64,000 nucleotides of DNA from Eledone cirrhosa (Eukaryota). Below the pieces are notes generated by a model, which saw nothing but the letters and a program-made list of their open reading frames with translations, had not been told where the DNA came from and made no database searches. The position numbers and the translations under genes are program-made. The stretch is taken from the NCBI GenBank assembly GCA_964016885.1, contig OZ024740.1, positions 252,898,001 through 252,962,000 on the forward strand, given 5' to 3'. Below, in pieces: positions 60,445-64,000 of the stretch; the stretch's first letter is position 1; every line of letters starts with the position of its first letter.

Positions 60445-62170
60445 ATGTTACCTACACAAATCGATCCCATAGAGGGACCAGCGGTCCAAGTTAAAGGTAG
60501 TATAATAAGTAAGGCAGTCAAAGATATGAATGCAGGCAAGGCAGCTGGGCCTTCGGAGATAGTTGTTGGGATGTTGAAAGCATCCGGAATGGTGGGACAT
60601 ACTATGGTCACCCGGATAGTAAACCAAGTAATACAGAATGGGGTCATACCAAATAACTGGCGTAGCAGCATCATACAAGGGTAAAGAGGATGCTCTAGAT
60701 AGGGGAAACTATAGAGGCATTAAGTTAGTTGACCAGGTCATGAAGGTCACAGAAAGAGTTATAACGCAACTAATCAGAGAGCGAGTTGATCTAGATGAAA
60801 TGCAGTTTGGGTTTGTGTCAGGTAAAAGTACCACAGACGCTCTTTTCCTTGTACAACTACAGGAGACGTACCTAGCTAAAAGTAAACCCCTCTACTTAGC
60901 TTTTGTAGACCTGGAGAAAGCATTTGACAGAGTCCCACGCTCCATTATCTGGTGGGCCCTTAGAAAGCTGGGAGTAGATGAATGGCTTGTGAGAGCTATA
61001 CAAGCCATGTATAAACAGTCAGCAAGGTTAGAATTAACAATGAATATAGTGAAGAATTAGCGTAAAAGTCGGTATTCATCAAGGCTCTGTCCTTAGCCCC
61101 CTCCTGTTTATTATTGCCCTTCAGGATATAACAGAGGAGTTTCAGATCGGCTGCCCATGGGAACTTCTATATGCAGATGATCTAACTCTCATAGCTGAAT
61201 CATGGATGAACTAGAGAAGAAATTCCAAACATGGAAGCATGGCCTAGAATCAAAAGGCCTTAAAGTTAACTTGTCTAAGACTAAAGTTCTAGTATGTAGA
61301 AAGGAAAATAGGGTACAGGTGCCTTCTGGGAAATGGCCAGGTTCTATAGAAATAGTGGACACTTTCCGTTACCTGGGTGACAAAATCAGCAGTGGTGGAG
61401 GGTGCTCTGAAAGTACAGTAGCCAGAGTTAGAACAGGATGGAAAAAGTTCAGAGAGCTTATACCGCTGTTGGCCACAAAAGATTTGTCTCTAAAAATGAA
61501 AGGCAAATTGTGAACTAAGTGAGAAATTAGGAATAAGAGGGATCAGATGCTGTTTACTTGAGATAAGATTATGTTGGTATGGTCACGTGATGCGCAAAAA
61601 AGTGCAGGGTGATCAAAATTGATGGAAAGTATGGAGTAGGTAGACCCAGAAAAACCTGGGATGACATGTAAATTCCGACCTTGCACACTTGCACCTCTCT
61701 AAGACAATGCCACTGGATCGAGATCTTTGGCGCCATGCAGTAATACAGAAGACCCGCTTCCCTACGTGCAAAGTTAACCTACAGTCAGCAGGCTCCTCCA
61801 AACCAAACATACACCCCAACCCACTACCCCTACTCCATCCTGCCACTCCTGCCAACACCACCCCTTCTCTGTAAAGTTATGTTGGTACCACAACATCCAG
61901 TCCAAACTAAAGAGTCGTGTAAGTGTCACGACAAAAAAAAAAACAGTCCACGCTGTAATGTGGTAGTGTAGGTAACACAGTAAAAAGTTCCCAGTCCACA
62001 CTGTAAATGTGGTTGCTGTTAGGAAAGGCATCCAGCCGTAGAAAACCTGCCAGATAGTCCTATACGAGCGAGACACTGTCACCCAAACAATCTTGCCTCA
62101 AGTGGGACAACTCCCGTCTAACCCATGCTAGCATGGAAGATAGACATTAAACGATGATGATGATGATGAT
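60445..62170 (+). mobile_element. RTE-B LINE, decayed (deletions, frameshifts), complete 3' end with (GAT)n
   Basis: [26 protein letters not shown]; tail ...cattaaacgatgatgatg. Confidence 0.9.
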
Positions 62171-62574
62171 ATATATATATATATATATACATATATATAT
62201 GCACACACATACCCCATATACACATACATAGACACATTTATACATACACATACACATATATATACACACACATACATATAAATACACACATACATATATA
62301 AAAAACCCATGCATGCACAGACACATAATCATACCGACATACATATACATATATAGATACATATAGATATACATACATGCACACACATACACACATAAAT
62401 CACTATACATACACCTTCTCACATACATACACATATGTACTTATAAAAAAATACTCTAATTCTAAAAAAATGTTCACATATAAAAAAAAATTTTAAATGG
62501 ACAGTACAACACAGCTACACCAGACCAGGAGGAATCAAAATCCCCATGTCAAAATCGATATGAAACCTGGGTAT

Positions 62575-63275
62575 AGACACGAGCAACGATGCATCATTTT
62601 CTTAACACATCATGAGAGTGGCAACAATGTTCAGACGACTCATGGCTGGATCTTGAAGACTTTCCAGACAAGAGACTGAGAGACCATGCTGGTAATATGG
62701 AGGACATTTGTCCTAGCCACCTGGACTATTGCTCTCAGCTGTGGTCCCTCTACAGAATGAAGCTAACCACGGAGCTTGAAGCAATCCAGCGAAGCTACAC
62801 CAAGAGGATTGCAACGATGAAGGAGATGAGCTACTAGGCGGGGCTAAAAGAACTGAACCTCTACTCCTTGGAATGAAGGCGGGAGAGATATGCGGTGATA
62901 TACATATGGAAGATGCTGGAAGGACTAGCACCAAACTTTGGCATTGAGAGCTGGACCAACCCTCAAACAGGGCGTCACTGTTTCACATCCAGAATAAGGA
63001 GCAGATATTGCAATAGCCTGGGGTTCAAATGCCTTCAACTCTTTAAAAAGCTGCCAAAAAAATTTGTGAGATCTGGATGGTGTAGACGTGGATGTTTTCA
63101 AGAAACATCTTGACACTCTGCTATCCAGGATCCTGGATGAGCCCACAGCACGGAACAAAGATAAACAAAGGGCAGCAGTAAGAAACTCCCACCCACATCA
63201 ATGGCCAGCAAAGACAGGCTGGATATAGAAGTGTAGCAACAAGCCAGATGACTGAAACAGGTAAGAGTAAAAGAG
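62575..63275 (+). mobile_element. Decayed CR1-like LINE 3' fragment
   Basis: Manual translation: ELEAIQRSYTKRI..MSY..LKELNLYSLE.RRER..IYIWKMLEG. Confidence 0.7.
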
Positions 63276-63307
63276 TATATGTGTATATAAATATATATAC
63301 GATGAGC

Positions 63308-64000
63308 ATCATCATCATTTTATGTCCGCTTTTCCCTGCTTGCAAGGGCGGGACGGGTCCTCTGCAACATCTCTCCATTTATCACAGTCCTTCGTCATCT
63401 CCTCTCTGAGCTTCAGCGATAAGAAGTCAGCACTCATGACCCCCACCCCCACCCACCCTGTTTTTCGTGGTCTTCCTCTACTGTGTCTTCTTTCCACCGG
63501 GATTTCTTGGCACTTCTTCACCCAGTGGTCATCTGCCATGCGCATCACATGCCCATACCAAAGCAGTCTTCTCTCCTGCACACTATAGTATGTTTCTCTG
63601 ATACACAGTTTCTTCCTCAACTCGTCCATGCTTGCTTATTCACGCACATTGATATTGCACTTCCATCGGAGCATGCTTTATTTCTCACCAGCCTTCACAT
63701 ATCCTCCGCATTTGCTGCCCATGCCTCGCTACCATGCAGCATCGTGCATCTCACACAGCCATCATCCAACCAAACTTTCGTTCATGGGGAGAAACCCTTC
63801 GTTGTCAACAGAGGAAGCAGCTACCTAAACTTCCATCCTGTCCCTATTCTAGATACTATGGCCTCGGAGCATCCTCCTCCCTTGCTAATTTGATCATCTG
63901 GATACCGGAAGCTTCAATCACCTCTATAGATCCTACCTGCATTTGAAAAATGTGCCTATCACTGACACATCTACTATCAATTTTCCCTGAACATCTACTA
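63308..64000 (-). mobile_element. RTE-C LINE 3' part, decayed, continuing beyond the window
   Basis: Homologous to 28787-29490; (GAT)n tail. Confidence 0.88.

Overview
Eukaryotic, extremely AT-rich, repeat-saturated window. A cephalopod (octopus-like) origin is inferred from the repeat make-up but not proven. No confident host protein-coding gene is present, and there is one 200-nt N gap. Much of the first 39 kb is interrupted (TA)n/(CATA)n/(CACATA..)n microsatellite, so the long Y/I/M/C-rich ORFs in the track are artefacts. The arrays hold many retroelements: an intact R4/Dong-like RT+RLE element (11554-14946), several RTE LINE families (one with C-terminal C2H2 fingers) plus a ~610-nt non-autonomous derivative, several Penelope-like (PLE; RT+GIY-YIG) families, a decayed Gypsy-like LTR element, CRE-like and CR1-like fragments and tRNA-derived SINEs. 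The most striking pattern is a set of sequence-unrelated fold-back insertions (50 bp to 3 kb), mostly in (TA)n, sharing one architecture: short inverted arm, optional body, long arm plus 3' extension. Most carry minimal hammerhead ribozyme (HHR) motifs, and inversion points often fall inside or beside the HHR. All calls are by eye; no searches were run.
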